A stretch of 64,000 bases of DNA from Polyangium sp. (GTDB lineage: Bacteria > Myxococcota_A > Polyangia > Polyangiales > Polyangiaceae): positions 11,575 to 75,574 of the forward strand of contig DAOMZH010000001.1 in NCBI GenBank assembly GCA_035437985.1, read 5' to 3'. The notes below the pieces were generated by a model. The model saw only the letters and a list, made by a program, of their open reading frames with translations, made no database searches and had not been told where the DNA came from. This document shows, piece by piece, positions 17,329 to 27,458 of the stretch (position 1 is the stretch's first letter; each line of letters opens with the position of its first letter). Made by a program: the position numbers and the translations under genes.

Positions 17329-19227
17329 TCAATCCTTGTCGGGATGCTCCTTGTATTGGTCATTGAAGAAGATCCTGGCGGTTGTCACGGTGATCTCGGG
17401 ATCTTCCTTCTCGATGATCACCCGGAGATTTTTCCGATGGTTGTCGCCGAGACCGAACAGCCGAATGTTGTTCTTCTTTCCGGTGAGGATTCGATGAAGC
17501 ATGGTGGAATCACGAATTTTCTCCATGGAGTTTGTCGGATCGAGGGCGTAGGTTTTTTCATACGGCTCATCGATGTCCTTGGCGTAATCGGCACCCCAAT
17601 CCGTCACGGGCTTGATTTCGGCATTCGTGTTTTCCTGTGTCGCAGCGGTCATGAATTTCCGAATGAGGTCCGGCATGTTGAATTGGCCCGTCAGAATTTT
17701 CAGGTAAAGCCGCGTATCGGTAAACGGCGCACCCGACTTGAGCTGCGTGATCGTTTGGTCAATGATTGCCCGCTTTCTTTGATACACACGTTTCAGCGGA
17801 TGGTTTTCCGGTAGCGTCGACGATTGTATGGCCGTAAGTGCGTTGAGGGCCAACGAGGCTTCCGTATTTTTACGGTCGTATGGCCGGACGAGGGCCTGAT
17901 TTTCATTCTTCCACGATTGGATGTGTCCTCGTGCCAACATGCGGTTGCTCGCCGTGGTATGGTCCTGCTCCCATTGAGCGCCCCAATTCGCAACGTCTTG
18001 AGCATGCGTCTGCAAGGCGTTTTCTTTTGCAGCTTCAACGAGGTTGCGGCCCTGCGCTGCATTTACAGCGTCGCCTGCTAGTTTATTCTTTGTTGCTTTG
18101 AAAGGTGCTTTCGCCGAATTCATTCGGCTACGATCGTGTTCGAGCTGGCTTGTCTGGGTGCCGTTGATGTCCACCGTCGCGTTGAGAGAATCCCAGAGGC
18201 CCATCAAGCCCATTGCATATTTGGGTAATGCTGCTTCGAGCGCATGTTCTCCGCCCACGTCCGCGGCCCCGGGATACAGCAGCGGCGACTTTTCTTTGCC
18301 GCCTTCATAAAGATATTTTTTGATGCCCGTAGCAGCAACGACATCATCTAGAGTTGTCCAGCTGTGAATTTCTCCGAGTACGAGGTAGTCAGGTAGTCGG
18401 ATCCACGTTTTTTCGCGGTCGACGTATCCGATGTCCTCGGTTTCCCCTTCGGCGTAATCAGTCAATTCTTTATTATTCTCGAAATATCGCGATCGGCCAT
18501 CAGCAATCATCGCCGCGATATTTCGAGCCCCGCCCCCTTTCTCACTATCCGCCACCGAGATCCAATTGGCTTCGGGTTTCGCTTCCTTTTCTTCCGCACT
18601 ATCCGAAGCGAGCGTCAGCTTTTTATCCACGAATACTTTGCGCTGCACGACTTCGGGACCGGCAATCGACGTAATTGGCACAATGGCCGCATGCTCAGCC
18701 ATTGCACCATTCTGTGCGCTTGCCTCGACTGCGTGTTGCCCCATACGCGTGGCTTCTTCTTCGAGGCCAGGTTCGTCATTGAGGCCGACACCTTTGAGTT
18801 GCTGCGTTGCTTTGACGCGACCTTGGCGCTGCTGAACGATGTGCCAGGCTTCGTGTGGCAAGTGTTTTTCCTGTCCTGGGCCGAGATGAATCTCGCTGCC
18901 TTGTGCAATGGCGAGCGCGCCTAGACGTGCGGGCTCGGGCGAATTCGCGTGCACGCGTACATCCGCAACGTTAATCCCTGACAAACGCCCGATTCCATTT
19001 ACCAATGGGGTCGGCAATCCCGTGAGGGCGGGGGGGCCCTGGGGGGGCGTGCCGCCGAATGTATTGGCGATGGTTTGGCGTTGTGCAACGATTCGAGGGC
19101 TATCGTTCAATGCACCGATGGGACCGGCAGCGCTGAACTGCGGCATTTGCGCTTCGCGAGTCGACGATGTTTCTTTCGTCGCGTTTTCGGAAGATGGGGA
19201 CACTCCCTTTTGTTTCGAAGCCTTCAC
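17329..19227 (-). CDS. eCIS cargo candidate: N-terminal DUF4157 domain plus ~440-aa C-terminal domain of unknown function
   Basis: INVADVRVHANSPEPARLGALAIAQGSEIHLGPGQEKHLPHEAWHIVQQRQGRV is the DUF4157 signature (HExxH-like). The start overlaps the ATPase stop by 4 nt. The C-terminal part is Lys/Asn/Glu-rich and visibly more AT-rich. Confidence 0.8.
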   Translation of the reverse strand: MKASKQKGVSPSSENATKETSSTREAQMPQFSAAGPIGALNDSPRIVAQRQTIANTFGGTPPQGPPALTGLPTPLVNGIGRLSGINVADVRVHANSPEPARLGALAIAQGSEIHLGPGQEKHLPHEAWHIVQQRQGRVKATQQLKGVGLNDEPGLEEEATRMGQHAVEASAQNGAMAEHAAIVPITSIAGPEVVQRKVFVDKKLTLASDSAEEKEAKPEANWISVADSEKGGGARNIAAMIADGRSRYFENNKELTDYAEGETEDIGYVDREKTWIRLPDYLVLGEIHSWTTLDDVVAATGIKKYLYEGGKEKSPLLYPGAADVGGEHALEAALPKYAMGLMGLWDSLNATVDINGTQTSQLEHDRSRMNSAKAPFKATKNKLAGDAVNAAQGRNLVEAAKENALQTHAQDVANWGAQWEQDHTTASNRMLARGHIQSWKNENQALVRPYDRKNTEASLALNALTAIQSSTLPENHPLKRVYQRKRAIIDQTITQLKSGAPFTDTRLYLKILTGQFNMPDLIRKFMTAATQENTNAEIKPVTDWGADYAKDIDEPYEKTYALDPTNSMEKIRDSTMLHRILTGKKNNIRLFGLGDNHRKNLRVIIEKEDPEITVTTARIFFNDQYKEHPDKD

Positions 19228-20582
19228 GCTCCACCTTTCCTTTCCTTCACGTATTCCAAGCGAATGCCTTGGGACAGATCTTCGGCGCTGATGACGTTTC
19301 GACCGTGTTTCAAAGCTTGAAGTGATGCATAACGAACGATGTTCATGATCGAGCCACCCGACATTGCATGATCGTGCGCGATTTTTTCCAAATCAATGTC
19401 CGAATCCAATTTCGATTGCGACGAAAAACCTTGGCGCCAAATAACGAGCCGTTCATCGGGACGAGGGAGCGGAAAGTACACAATCGATTCAAAGCGCCGG
19501 GAAAATGCGTCGTCCAGATTGTCGCGCTGATTGGACGCCAAAATGGCGACGCCGGCAAAACTCTCGATTCGCTGCAGCAAATACGAAACTTCTTGGTTCG
19601 CAAACCGATCGTGCGCATCCTTCGTTTCGCTGCGTTTTCCGAATAACGCGTCGGCTTCGTCAAAAAATAAAATCCAATTTTTGTATTGCGCTTGGTCGAA
19701 AATCCGCGCCAAGTTTTTTTCCGTCTCCCCGATGTATTTCGACACGACGAGCGACAAATCGACTTTGTACACATCCCGCTCGGTGGATTTACCTAGCAAA
19801 CAAGCGGTAATGGTTTTTCCTACGCCCGGCGGCCCATGAAACAACGCTCGATATCCCGGACGCAATTTCGACGCCATTCCCCAATTGTGCAGCAATGTGT
19901 CGCCATGTTCGAGCCACGTCTCGATGTCTTCCAATTGCTGGCGCACACCGGGATGAAGCACGATATCATCCCAGTCCAAATTCGTTTCGATACGTTTGGC
20001 CGGAAAACCAGGGCCGAAATCCGGACGGCGTGTTTCACCCGTCGTGAATAGTGACACACAATCCTCGGACAAACGGAGGGGGGCCTTCATCGGCAGTTCA
20101 TCGCCTTGGGCCGCAAATCGAAGAATGCCGTGCGCTCGAAGCACATGGTCGACCGAGAACCGCTGTTCGACGCGGAATCGGACCAGCAAATTGCTCCCGC
20201 CGAGCACAAAAGCGAGGGTTTCTCCTGTTGGAACGAATTCTCCTTCGGCTCCGAGACGCACGCCACCAAGCTCGACGAACCGCCGGTCCAAGTTCGGATT
20301 CTTGGCGACGAACATATCGAGCAACTGCGGGCGCACGTAAGGAACCAGGGTCAATACCAAGGCTACGCGATCGATAAAGTCGACCTTGTAATGCCGCAAA
20401 AAGCTGGCATACGGGGAAGGGGAATCGCTCAGGTCCGGTGGCGCTATGTGCGAAACTTCGGCCAAACTCCCCGAAGTCGGCGTCGTCGTGCTAAAATAAT
20501 GTTTGAAACGCGCGTCAATGATCTGGGCAAACCACGCCAATTCGCGTTCCAAATCGCGGGCATTGAGTTCCACGGGCGTCAT
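19224..20582 (-). CDS. eCIS AAA+ ATPase (Afp15/Cis15 position)
   Basis: Walker A GPPGVGKT, Walker B ILFFDEADALF, SNQRDNLDDAFSRRF. ATG 20582 overlaps the upstream stop (ATGA). The ORF-track start at 20699 would overlap the upstream gene by 121 nt. Confidence 0.85.
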   Translation of the reverse strand: MTPVELNARDLERELAWFAQIIDARFKHYFSTTTPTSGSLAEVSHIAPPDLSDSPSPYASFLRHYKVDFIDRVALVLTLVPYVRPQLLDMFVAKNPNLDRRFVELGGVRLGAEGEFVPTGETLAFVLGGSNLLVRFRVEQRFSVDHVLRAHGILRFAAQGDELPMKAPLRLSEDCVSLFTTGETRRPDFGPGFPAKRIETNLDWDDIVLHPGVRQQLEDIETWLEHGDTLLHNWGMASKLRPGYRALFHGPPGVGKTITACLLGKSTERDVYKVDLSLVVSKYIGETEKNLARIFDQAQYKNWILFFDEADALFGKRSETKDAHDRFANQEVSYLLQRIESFAGVAILASNQRDNLDDAFSRRFESIVYFPLPRPDERLVIWRQGFSSQSKLDSDIDLEKIAHDHAMSGGSIMNIVRYASLQALKHGRNVISAEDLSQGIRLEYVKERKGGA

Positions 20583-22153
20583 CGTGGCCACTCCACGCAA
20601 AGAGGCGCTTGCATCCACGGGAATCGAATCCATTGCAATGCCCAAGGCAAATGCTGGAGTACGGCATCGTAAGGCGCACGCTCGACGCGCACGAGCCACG
20701 TGCCGCCCTGCACCGAAAGTACGCCACGGCGCCGGAGAAATGCGGCTTGAAATGCACCGGGCTCCATAGCGCCCAAACTTTTCGCATGTTCGAGCGCGGC
20801 GACGAGCACGTTTGTCGCTTCCCCCATTTCATTCTCAGTCAAATCCAATTCCCGATCGAACACGTCATTGACTGAGGCCCCACACAAGACTTTGGCCAAA
20901 GGTAGACGAAAATCGGGTGGATGCAGCTCGCCAGTTGCCAAGTAATGCACCAACGCAATTGCCCTTTGTCGCGCATTTTCGGCGGTGAATTTCTTTTGTT
21001 CCAAAAGAAGACCGAGACGGTCGAATAACGTCGGGACGAAGGGCCATAACAGGACCAGACCCGCGGAATCGATATAAGCTTCGTCGGGGTCGTCTCCCAA
21101 AGCCAAAGGCGCAGGAGGTGGTAAGTTTGGCGCGACAAGGTCTTGTTCGTTTTGCGCGACGTTTGGTGAGGTGATATCGTAATGACTCGAATGCGGATCG
21201 TCGTTGCCGGAATTCACCGGGCTGCTTGACGAAGGGGCATCCGCGGCGGGCGTCCTCGCTGCATTTGGGCGAATTGGTTGCTCCGGCCCAACGAGCTCGT
21301 TTGCAATCGCCTGCAGCAACGCTTCAAAGCCACTTTGCTGCGTTTTACCGATGGTCCATTCGATGCGCATGACGAGTTCCTGGTATGGCAAGCCTAAGGC
21401 CATGGCCACATGCGCCAGGGTATCACGCCAAAATTCGCCGGGTGTGTCGGCGAGGTGCGGTCGCAAAGCTGCCGATTGCAGGACTCCGACCCAGGCAAAC
21501 GTGGGAGGCACCTTGGGGGAAAGCGTGCCGAGACTGCCCAGAAAGGACCATATTTCCGATGATCGCGCCTCGACGGCAATTCGCGCTGCTGAATGCACGA
21601 GTGCCCGAAACAGCGCGAGCGAACGTTCTGGTTCGGTATGTTGGGCCAATCTCGCGAGCGTCCGTGGATCACGCGCCAACCAGCGCACCAGCGCGGCGAT
21701 TTCTCGCTCGTCGCGACGCAAAAGTCGGTGCATCGTTTCATCGACGAGCTGTGGATTCGCGGCGTCGGCCCAAAACGGCAAATTGCCAGTGCGGGCAAAA
21801 AGCGAGATCAATTCGAGGCGTGCGTTTGTCGCCGGGTCCTCCCCGAGTCGCGCGGCTTCCTCTTCGGCTTTTTGAATTTTCGTCGCGAGCACATTCCGCA
21901 ATTCGGCAATGAGTTTGGCCGGAAGTACACGAGCCAAATCTTTGGTGCGAAGCTCACCGAGGTCGATTTCCAGCTTCGCGATACGATGCACTCGATCCGG
22001 CGAAGACATTTCGGTGCAGCAACGATCGATCAAATCTTCCAAACCTTCATTTTGCAATGCGGCCAGGGTGGCATGCAGGTGCAATGCGGCTTCTTGATTC
22101 GAAACTTCGAATTCAAAAATTTGCCGCTGAATCTGATGCCGCTGGGTCGTCAT
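20579..22153 (-). CDS. eCIS tape-measure-like protein (Afp14/Cis14 position)
   Basis: 524-aa helical protein between baseplate and ATPase genes. The N-terminus HQIQRQIFEFEV...RVHRIAKLEIDLGEL resembles the conserved start of CIS tape-measure proteins. Assignment rests mainly on position. Confidence 0.55.
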   Translation of the reverse strand: MTTQRHQIQRQIFEFEVSNQEAALHLHATLAALQNEGLEDLIDRCCTEMSSPDRVHRIAKLEIDLGELRTKDLARVLPAKLIAELRNVLATKIQKAEEEAARLGEDPATNARLELISLFARTGNLPFWADAANPQLVDETMHRLLRRDEREIAALVRWLARDPRTLARLAQHTEPERSLALFRALVHSAARIAVEARSSEIWSFLGSLGTLSPKVPPTFAWVGVLQSAALRPHLADTPGEFWRDTLAHVAMALGLPYQELVMRIEWTIGKTQQSGFEALLQAIANELVGPEQPIRPNAARTPAADAPSSSSPVNSGNDDPHSSHYDITSPNVAQNEQDLVAPNLPPPAPLALGDDPDEAYIDSAGLVLLWPFVPTLFDRLGLLLEQKKFTAENARQRAIALVHYLATGELHPPDFRLPLAKVLCGASVNDVFDRELDLTENEMGEATNVLVAALEHAKSLGAMEPGAFQAAFLRRRGVLSVQGGTWLVRVERAPYDAVLQHLPWALQWIRFPWMQAPLCVEWPR

Positions 22154-22160
22154 CGTCTAC

Positions 22161-25100
22161 TCATGCGTTGATGATGCTCCTGGTTTGAGCGGTGCTCCAA
22201 GCGACGCCCGTTCTCGCCCGCACGGCGAGCACCTGAACCACGCCGTTTGTCGGAATGGAATCGACGGAGATGATGGGATCCAAAGGTTTGGTCGTCGCTC
22301 GGTTTGCACCTTCGGCCACTGGACCTTGGGCGACCACGAGATCTCGGCCAATGCGCATGTCGCCAATCCCAAAATTGACGCTCGAATTCGTTTGATCTTG
22401 CCTTTGAAAATAGGCGGGTTTGCCCAGGAGCTTTTTCGTGGCCGGGTCGAAAAGATAATACAAAACGCCGATTTCTCCGCCGGTCACGAGAATCGAGTTC
22501 GGACCTGTAGCCTCGAGCGTGAGGTTTGTCGCTGGTCCAGGTCGAACGAAGATGGCCACCTTCTTTTCGAGGGGCATATCGGACAATACTTCCCCATCGG
22601 AGACATGATGGTGGGTTTTTCTTGCTCGAACCACAATCTGCGAGTCCTCTCGCATATCCGAGAGCTGCAATTCGAGGGTTCCCCCATTGCCCGAGGAAAA
22701 CGCGCCAACTTGCGCATAACCATTCTCCCACGGTTGTGCAGGTACTGGAGTAATCTCGATCATTGCCGTATTTGCCCCAGGCGTTGGCGGTGGCGTCGTG
22801 ATCAATTCACGGTCCGTAATGGATTTGGTGCACAAGGCGTATTGAACGTCTCGCTGTGTATTGCTCACCCGAATCGTCACGGCACTACCGGCATTGACGA
22901 TCGTTGCATCCACGGAAACACCTAGTTTTGGATTGGCGGTGACTTCAAGGGCAAATTCGGCATCGAGTTGAATTGCCAAATCCGACGCTCGGGTGACATC
23001 GACACGGAGCGTTACATTTTCGACCATTGCAAACGATTCGAGAACAATGGTATTTGCCGTGCCTTCGACGCTTCTGGAATACGGTTGGCCCTCTGTTGAT
23101 CGCAAGGCATACGCTGCACCGCCTTGGCTACCTTCGACCGCGATATGCGCGGACAAACCATATTCGATGAGCCAGGGAAAGGCCCTGGCGGGAGACGTTG
23201 TGCCATACACCATGGGCGTTGGCGCGATGGCCGCTGGCCTCGTTGCATCGAGTCCCATACTGATGCCGAGGATCATTGCGAACTGTTCGCGGCGACCTTT
23301 CATCCATGTGTCATAGTCGGCGCGAAACGATTTCCATGGAGCTTCGTCGAGCCAATGCACGTACGTGCCGATATGTGCGGGGGCTTGGCTACGCACGGTT
23401 TGTTCCACGAGTGTACGAAATGGCGCCGACCGGAATCGACCCATGAATTTAGGGAAAACGAACGAAAGTTTGAGCGAATAACGATCCTTTACCGTCGCGC
23501 TGGCTGATGTTCCAATGCACAATTGACTCGCGGCCTCGAATACGGGTATCTGTCCCGGCCGCAAATGAATGTGCTCGATCATGATCATTGGTTCGTCTCG
23601 GCCACTTTGCTCATTTTGCCCCGAATCTTGGGCGGTGCCTTCGATGAGGCCCAGCTTGAACCGAATTCGTTCTTCGAGGCCTGAAGGCGTGGCCATTCCC
23701 CACGGAACCAGGCCATCGAGGGCGGTGCCGCGTGAGCCGCTGATACGGGGGTATTTTTCGAGAAACGTTTGCTTGTGCTGGATGAGCGCAAGCGAATCAG
23801 CTTCCGCAGCCGAATAGCGGTCATTCAGGTTTTCCGCGAATCGAGCCAATAAGTGATTCAGGAAGCGATGTTTGCGGGCAATCGCTGCATCGGGCGTTTC
23901 GAGCTTCACGTCGAGGGTGTTCGGAGCAATTTCATCGAGTCCGAGAGCTGGCTCGTCCACGTATTGTGCAAAATAGGTTTGCACGTTTTCGGTACCTGCA
24001 TGAATGGAGAACAGGTCTTTGATATGTGCGAGCTGGGCGAGATGATTGGCCATGAGTTGGTCGAAAAACATCAAATATGCCTTGAGCTGCTTGGCCAAAC
24101 CTTTGCGTTCATTCGAAGCTGATTCGGGCAATCCAACTTCCCCGACGCCATACACCATGGGCAAATGGTGTTGCAATGAATGATATCGCCGCACATTACG
24201 GTTTCTCGTGCGGGGAAGCGTGAGATCGCCGCGTTGCCCGCGTGATTGCCAAGGTGCTGCTGGCGGGACATTACCTACCGCGACTGGCATTCCCGCATTG
24301 AGCAAGGTAATCTTGGAAGCCGCGCGGTCGAGCTGCGGGGCGCAATCTTTCGGCAATTCAATGGACCACGTGTCGCGTGCTTCCCCGGCATGCATCACAA
24401 TCTCAGTTACGGAACGAATGCCCGGCACATCCATGATTGCGTGCACGAGGTCGGAACTATGCAATGCGACGTGTCGTCGGGCATTCGAAAGGGCATCTTC
24501 CGTGATGAATCCATGATCGAGCAAGGGTCCGTCGAAGATTTCATCGACGCGCATACCCTTTTCGAGGCATTCGTCGAGCGTCGAAAAACGAACGGTTGGT
24601 GAAATGATTTCGGCAATGGCTTCGAGGATTTGCGCGTAGGTGAGCGAAGGTTCGTCCACGCGTCCGATCTCGATTCGAGCATCGATGCCGACTTTAAATG
24701 GTTCCAGAACGACAATCTCGACCATATCCTCGCAAAGGCCGCGATTCTTGTTGATTCGTCGCCCCACCTCCCGACGAACGGCCACACCTTCACGTTCCGG
24801 TGACAATTCAATCGCGACGCGATAAAGCCCACGCAGTGCGACGTCGGTCCCCGGTAATCGTTCGTCGATGGTTTCGATCCAGGCATTCTTGACGCCTTCG
24901 ACATCGAGGACGAGACGACGCAAGTCATTGGCAGTCACCGCACGCGTCGTCAATATCTCAGATGCTGGATGCAGACTTGCGTACGGATCTGCGCCTTCGT
25001 TGGCCAATAAATCGGCAATGTCATGGCCCGTGCGATACCCCAAATCCGTGAGGACATAACACAATGCCTCGAGGATGGTAATGCCCGGATCGTGGGAATT

Positions 25101-25184
25101 GAAATCGGTCCATTGCTCGCTCGCGAGCCGTTCGAGTTGACCGATGCCTAATTTTCGCAGTTCCGCGTAGGTTGCCATGGCCAT
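22161..25184 (-). CDS. eCIS large baseplate wedge protein (Afp12/Cis12 position; baseplate-J/gp6-7-like)
   Basis: 1007 aa. N-terminus WTDFNSHDPGITILEALCYVLTDLGYR is typical of CIS baseplate assembly proteins. Lies in the baseplate block of the operon. Confidence 0.7.
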   Translation of the reverse strand: MAMATYAELRKLGIGQLERLASEQWTDFNSHDPGITILEALCYVLTDLGYRTGHDIADLLANEGADPYASLHPASEILTTRAVTANDLRRLVLDVEGVKNAWIETIDERLPGTDVALRGLYRVAIELSPEREGVAVRREVGRRINKNRGLCEDMVEIVVLEPFKVGIDARIEIGRVDEPSLTYAQILEAIAEIISPTVRFSTLDECLEKGMRVDEIFDGPLLDHGFITEDALSNARRHVALHSSDLVHAIMDVPGIRSVTEIVMHAGEARDTWSIELPKDCAPQLDRAASKITLLNAGMPVAVGNVPPAAPWQSRGQRGDLTLPRTRNRNVRRYHSLQHHLPMVYGVGEVGLPESASNERKGLAKQLKAYLMFFDQLMANHLAQLAHIKDLFSIHAGTENVQTYFAQYVDEPALGLDEIAPNTLDVKLETPDAAIARKHRFLNHLLARFAENLNDRYSAAEADSLALIQHKQTFLEKYPRISGSRGTALDGLVPWGMATPSGLEERIRFKLGLIEGTAQDSGQNEQSGRDEPMIMIEHIHLRPGQIPVFEAASQLCIGTSASATVKDRYSLKLSFVFPKFMGRFRSAPFRTLVEQTVRSQAPAHIGTYVHWLDEAPWKSFRADYDTWMKGRREQFAMILGISMGLDATRPAAIAPTPMVYGTTSPARAFPWLIEYGLSAHIAVEGSQGGAAYALRSTEGQPYSRSVEGTANTIVLESFAMVENVTLRVDVTRASDLAIQLDAEFALEVTANPKLGVSVDATIVNAGSAVTIRVSNTQRDVQYALCTKSITDRELITTPPPTPGANTAMIEITPVPAQPWENGYAQVGAFSSGNGGTLELQLSDMREDSQIVVRARKTHHHVSDGEVLSDMPLEKKVAIFVRPGPATNLTLEATGPNSILVTGGEIGVLYYLFDPATKKLLGKPAYFQRQDQTNSSVNFGIGDMRIGRDLVVAQGPVAEGANRATTKPLDPIISVDSIPTNGVVQVLAVRARTGVAWSTAQTRSIINA

Positions 25185-25202
25185 TGCCTTCCGGGGTCGA
25201 GG

Positions 25203-26303
25203 TCAGGAAATGCGCATGATGTACGCCAGCGCGTAATACGGGGGCATATTGTCGTGCGCCGTGCCTTCGCCGGTATTCGCCGCGCTTGCGGTATGCGAAT
25301 GCGATCCTGCATTGGTCGTTTCGACGAGGAAGGTGCCGTCACCGTCGTCCTTCAAGTGTGATTCCGTCGCGCCGCCCGCGTGTTTGAGATCGGCATGATA
25401 GGCCGTGAATTTGTGGAAGTGCTCGCCACTGTTTTGAAGGGTCACCGAATGAGTGTGAGCCGGAAGGTTAGCCACCGTGAGTGTGACGGTTGCCGTACCC
25501 CCCTTCGTATGCACTGGCTTCGAATCGCTCTTGCCCACGACAAACCTATCGCGTAAATCCGGCGTGCCATTGTTTCCGTCGCAAAGCGCCCAGCCGGTTG
25601 GAATCGACGAACCACTCCACATCAGAATCACTCCAATGGGGACGGCCTGATTGACGTATGTTTTCACCGCGTCACATGACGGAAGGGCACTGCCGGAGGC
25701 CGAGGCGAGATCACTCACGGGCGTTGTTTTTGCAGTAATCAGGGCCCGCACCGCGCCTTGGGTTGGCAGCGCGGTCGTATCCTCGCTCGTGGATCCGATT
25801 GTCGTGACAATCTTGTTTGCCGTTGCGCCACCAACGGTCAATGAACCCGCCGACAGATTGCCGGAAATGTTTGCACTGGCGACCGAAAGCGAACCTGTGA
25901 CCACGGCATTGCCGCTAACTTCGAGCTTTTGGCTGGGCGATATCGTGCCAATTCCGAGGTTGCCGGTCGTTCCATGAATGAAAAGGCGGGTTACGCCTGA
26001 ACTTATGCCGTCGGCTCCCGTGCCAATGGCCAAGCCTTTGACCCCGGTTGCTGGATTCAAACAAATTCCCCACGATGGTTTGGCGTCGGAAAATGCTTCG
26101 TACAGATTGAGCACGGGCTTGTAATCTTGCCCAGACGCCTGAATGCTCAGAGGATCCCCCATGGGCTTGATGATTCCATCATCCTTGGCATTCAACACCG
26201 AACTAATGAAATCCGAGAAATTTTGCTCGGTGGGGATCTTATTGGTCTGAAAATAACTGCGGAGGTCAGCTCGGGTCTTCTTGTCTCGCGTATCGATGGT
26301 CAT
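25203..26303 (-). CDS. eCIS tail fibre 2 with C-terminal phage tail-collar domain
   Basis: C-terminus GVILMWSGSSIPTGWALCDGNNGTPDLRDRFVVG...LPAHTHS...HDNMPPYYALAYIMRI is the tail-collar (MdpB-like) pattern. N-terminus KKTRADLRSYFQTNKIPTEQNF is shared with fibre 1. Confidence 0.8.
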   Translation of the reverse strand: MTIDTRDKKTRADLRSYFQTNKIPTEQNFSDFISSVLNAKDDGIIKPMGDPLSIQASGQDYKPVLNLYEAFSDAKPSWGICLNPATGVKGLAIGTGADGISSGVTRLFIHGTTGNLGIGTISPSQKLEVSGNAVVTGSLSVASANISGNLSAGSLTVGGATANKIVTTIGSTSEDTTALPTQGAVRALITAKTTPVSDLASASGSALPSCDAVKTYVNQAVPIGVILMWSGSSIPTGWALCDGNNGTPDLRDRFVVGKSDSKPVHTKGGTATVTLTVANLPAHTHSVTLQNSGEHFHKFTAYHADLKHAGGATESHLKDDGDGTFLVETTNAGSHSHTASAANTGEGTAHDNMPPYYALAYIMRIS

Positions 26304-26377
26304 GGCGCGTCTACTTTCTCGTTATCGTCAGAATCGGGCCGGCTTCTATTCAACTGGTTACATATGCCGTGCGTTTC

Positions 26378-27400
26378 TCACCCAGTGTTTGCATCGGCCG
26401 CGAATGTGATCCCAGCCAAAGAAACGACTTCATTATTGGCAGGTAGATCACCGTCGATCGTAATGGTTCCGTCAACCGCAATCGTGATACTGCGAGCGGC
26501 GGCGCTGCGTGCGCCAGGCGTGGTGGACCAGGCGAGGAACGATTCCGAGGCGGCCGGTCGATATTTGCTAGCGAGGCTCAGCAATACTTTCGTCGCGCTT
26601 TCGCCGGCTTTCGCCATTCCGCGAAGGTGGACGATGCCAAAGGGATCTTTGAAATAACCCGCGGGTCGTTCGTTATTTACATGCGTCCAGCCGCTGGCCA
26701 GCGTCGCTACCGTCCATTCGTCTTGCGATAAATGTCCGACAATGGGCTCGGATACTCGAAGCGTTTGTCCAGATGGAACATCGATGCCTCCTTGAGCATT
26801 GATTTTACCTGCAACGGTCAAAGTGTGGCTGTTCGTCGTGCCAATCGTCGCGGATCCTGTCGACACGACGAGATTGCCACTCGGTAAGGTCACGCCTTTG
26901 GCCGACAATGTTCCCTCGACCGTGACCGTGCCATTGCTGACTGCGAGATTCCCGGACGGCAAGGTTATGCCTTTCGCCGAGAGGCTGCCTTCAATGGTCG
27001 CATTACCGTTGCTCACCGTCAGGTTGCCGCTCGTCAAGGTCAAACCATTTGCGGAAATCGCGGCTTCGATGACGACCGAACCAGCACTCAATGTGAATGT
27101 CGTGCTCCCCGTGGGAAGCGCGATTTTCCCTACGGCTAGAGATTGGCCATTCGGTATGGTGATGCCGCGGTTTGCCTGAATGGAACCGTGCACGGTCAAT
27201 GTTCGAAGACCACCATCGATTGCCGCACCCAGAGTCATTTCGGTATCGGTCACGGTGAGTTTCCCAGCGACCGGATCGAATTGGTCGTCCACTACGTTCA
27301 GCCCGCCGTCGATCATTGCTGCAAAATCATCGGCTGTCGGGATGGAGTTTTCCGCAAAGTACGATTTCAGCTGGGCACGCGTCTTTTTTTGAGCAGCCAT
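26378..27400 (-). CDS. eCIS tail fibre 1 with repeat shaft and distinct C-terminal knob
   Basis: N-terminus KKTRAQLKSYFAENSIPTADDF is shared with fibre 2. Three 25-aa tandem repeats (SAxG[IVL]TL[PT]SGNL.VS.G..T[IV].G.L). The C-terminal ~130 aa differ from the collar domain. Confidence 0.7.
   Translation of the reverse strand: MAAQKKTRAQLKSYFAENSIPTADDFAAMIDGGLNVVDDQFDPVAGKLTVTDTEMTLGAAIDGGLRTLTVHGSIQANRGITIPNGQSLAVGKIALPTGSTTFTLSAGSVVIEAAISANGLTLTSGNLTVSNGNATIEGSLSAKGITLPSGNLAVSNGTVTVEGTLSAKGVTLPSGNLVVSTGSATIGTTNSHTLTVAGKINAQGGIDVPSGQTLRVSEPIVGHLSQDEWTVATLASGWTHVNNERPAGYFKDPFGIVHLRGMAKAGESATKVLLSLASKYRPAASESFLAWSTTPGARSAAARSITIAVDGTITIDGDLPANNEVVSLAGITFAADANTG
26831..27055 (-). repeat. 3 x 75-nt in-frame tandem repeat inside fibre 1
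   Basis: SANGLTLTSGNLTVSNGNATIEGSL / SAKGITLPSGNLAVSNGTVTVEGTL / SAKGVTLPSGNLVVSTGSATIGTTN (aa 116-190). Confidence 0.75.
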
Positions 27401-27458
27401 GGTTTTCGATCACTTTCTCGCCCCTTCGGGCACAACATCCAAAGAATGGTGCGGCGGC

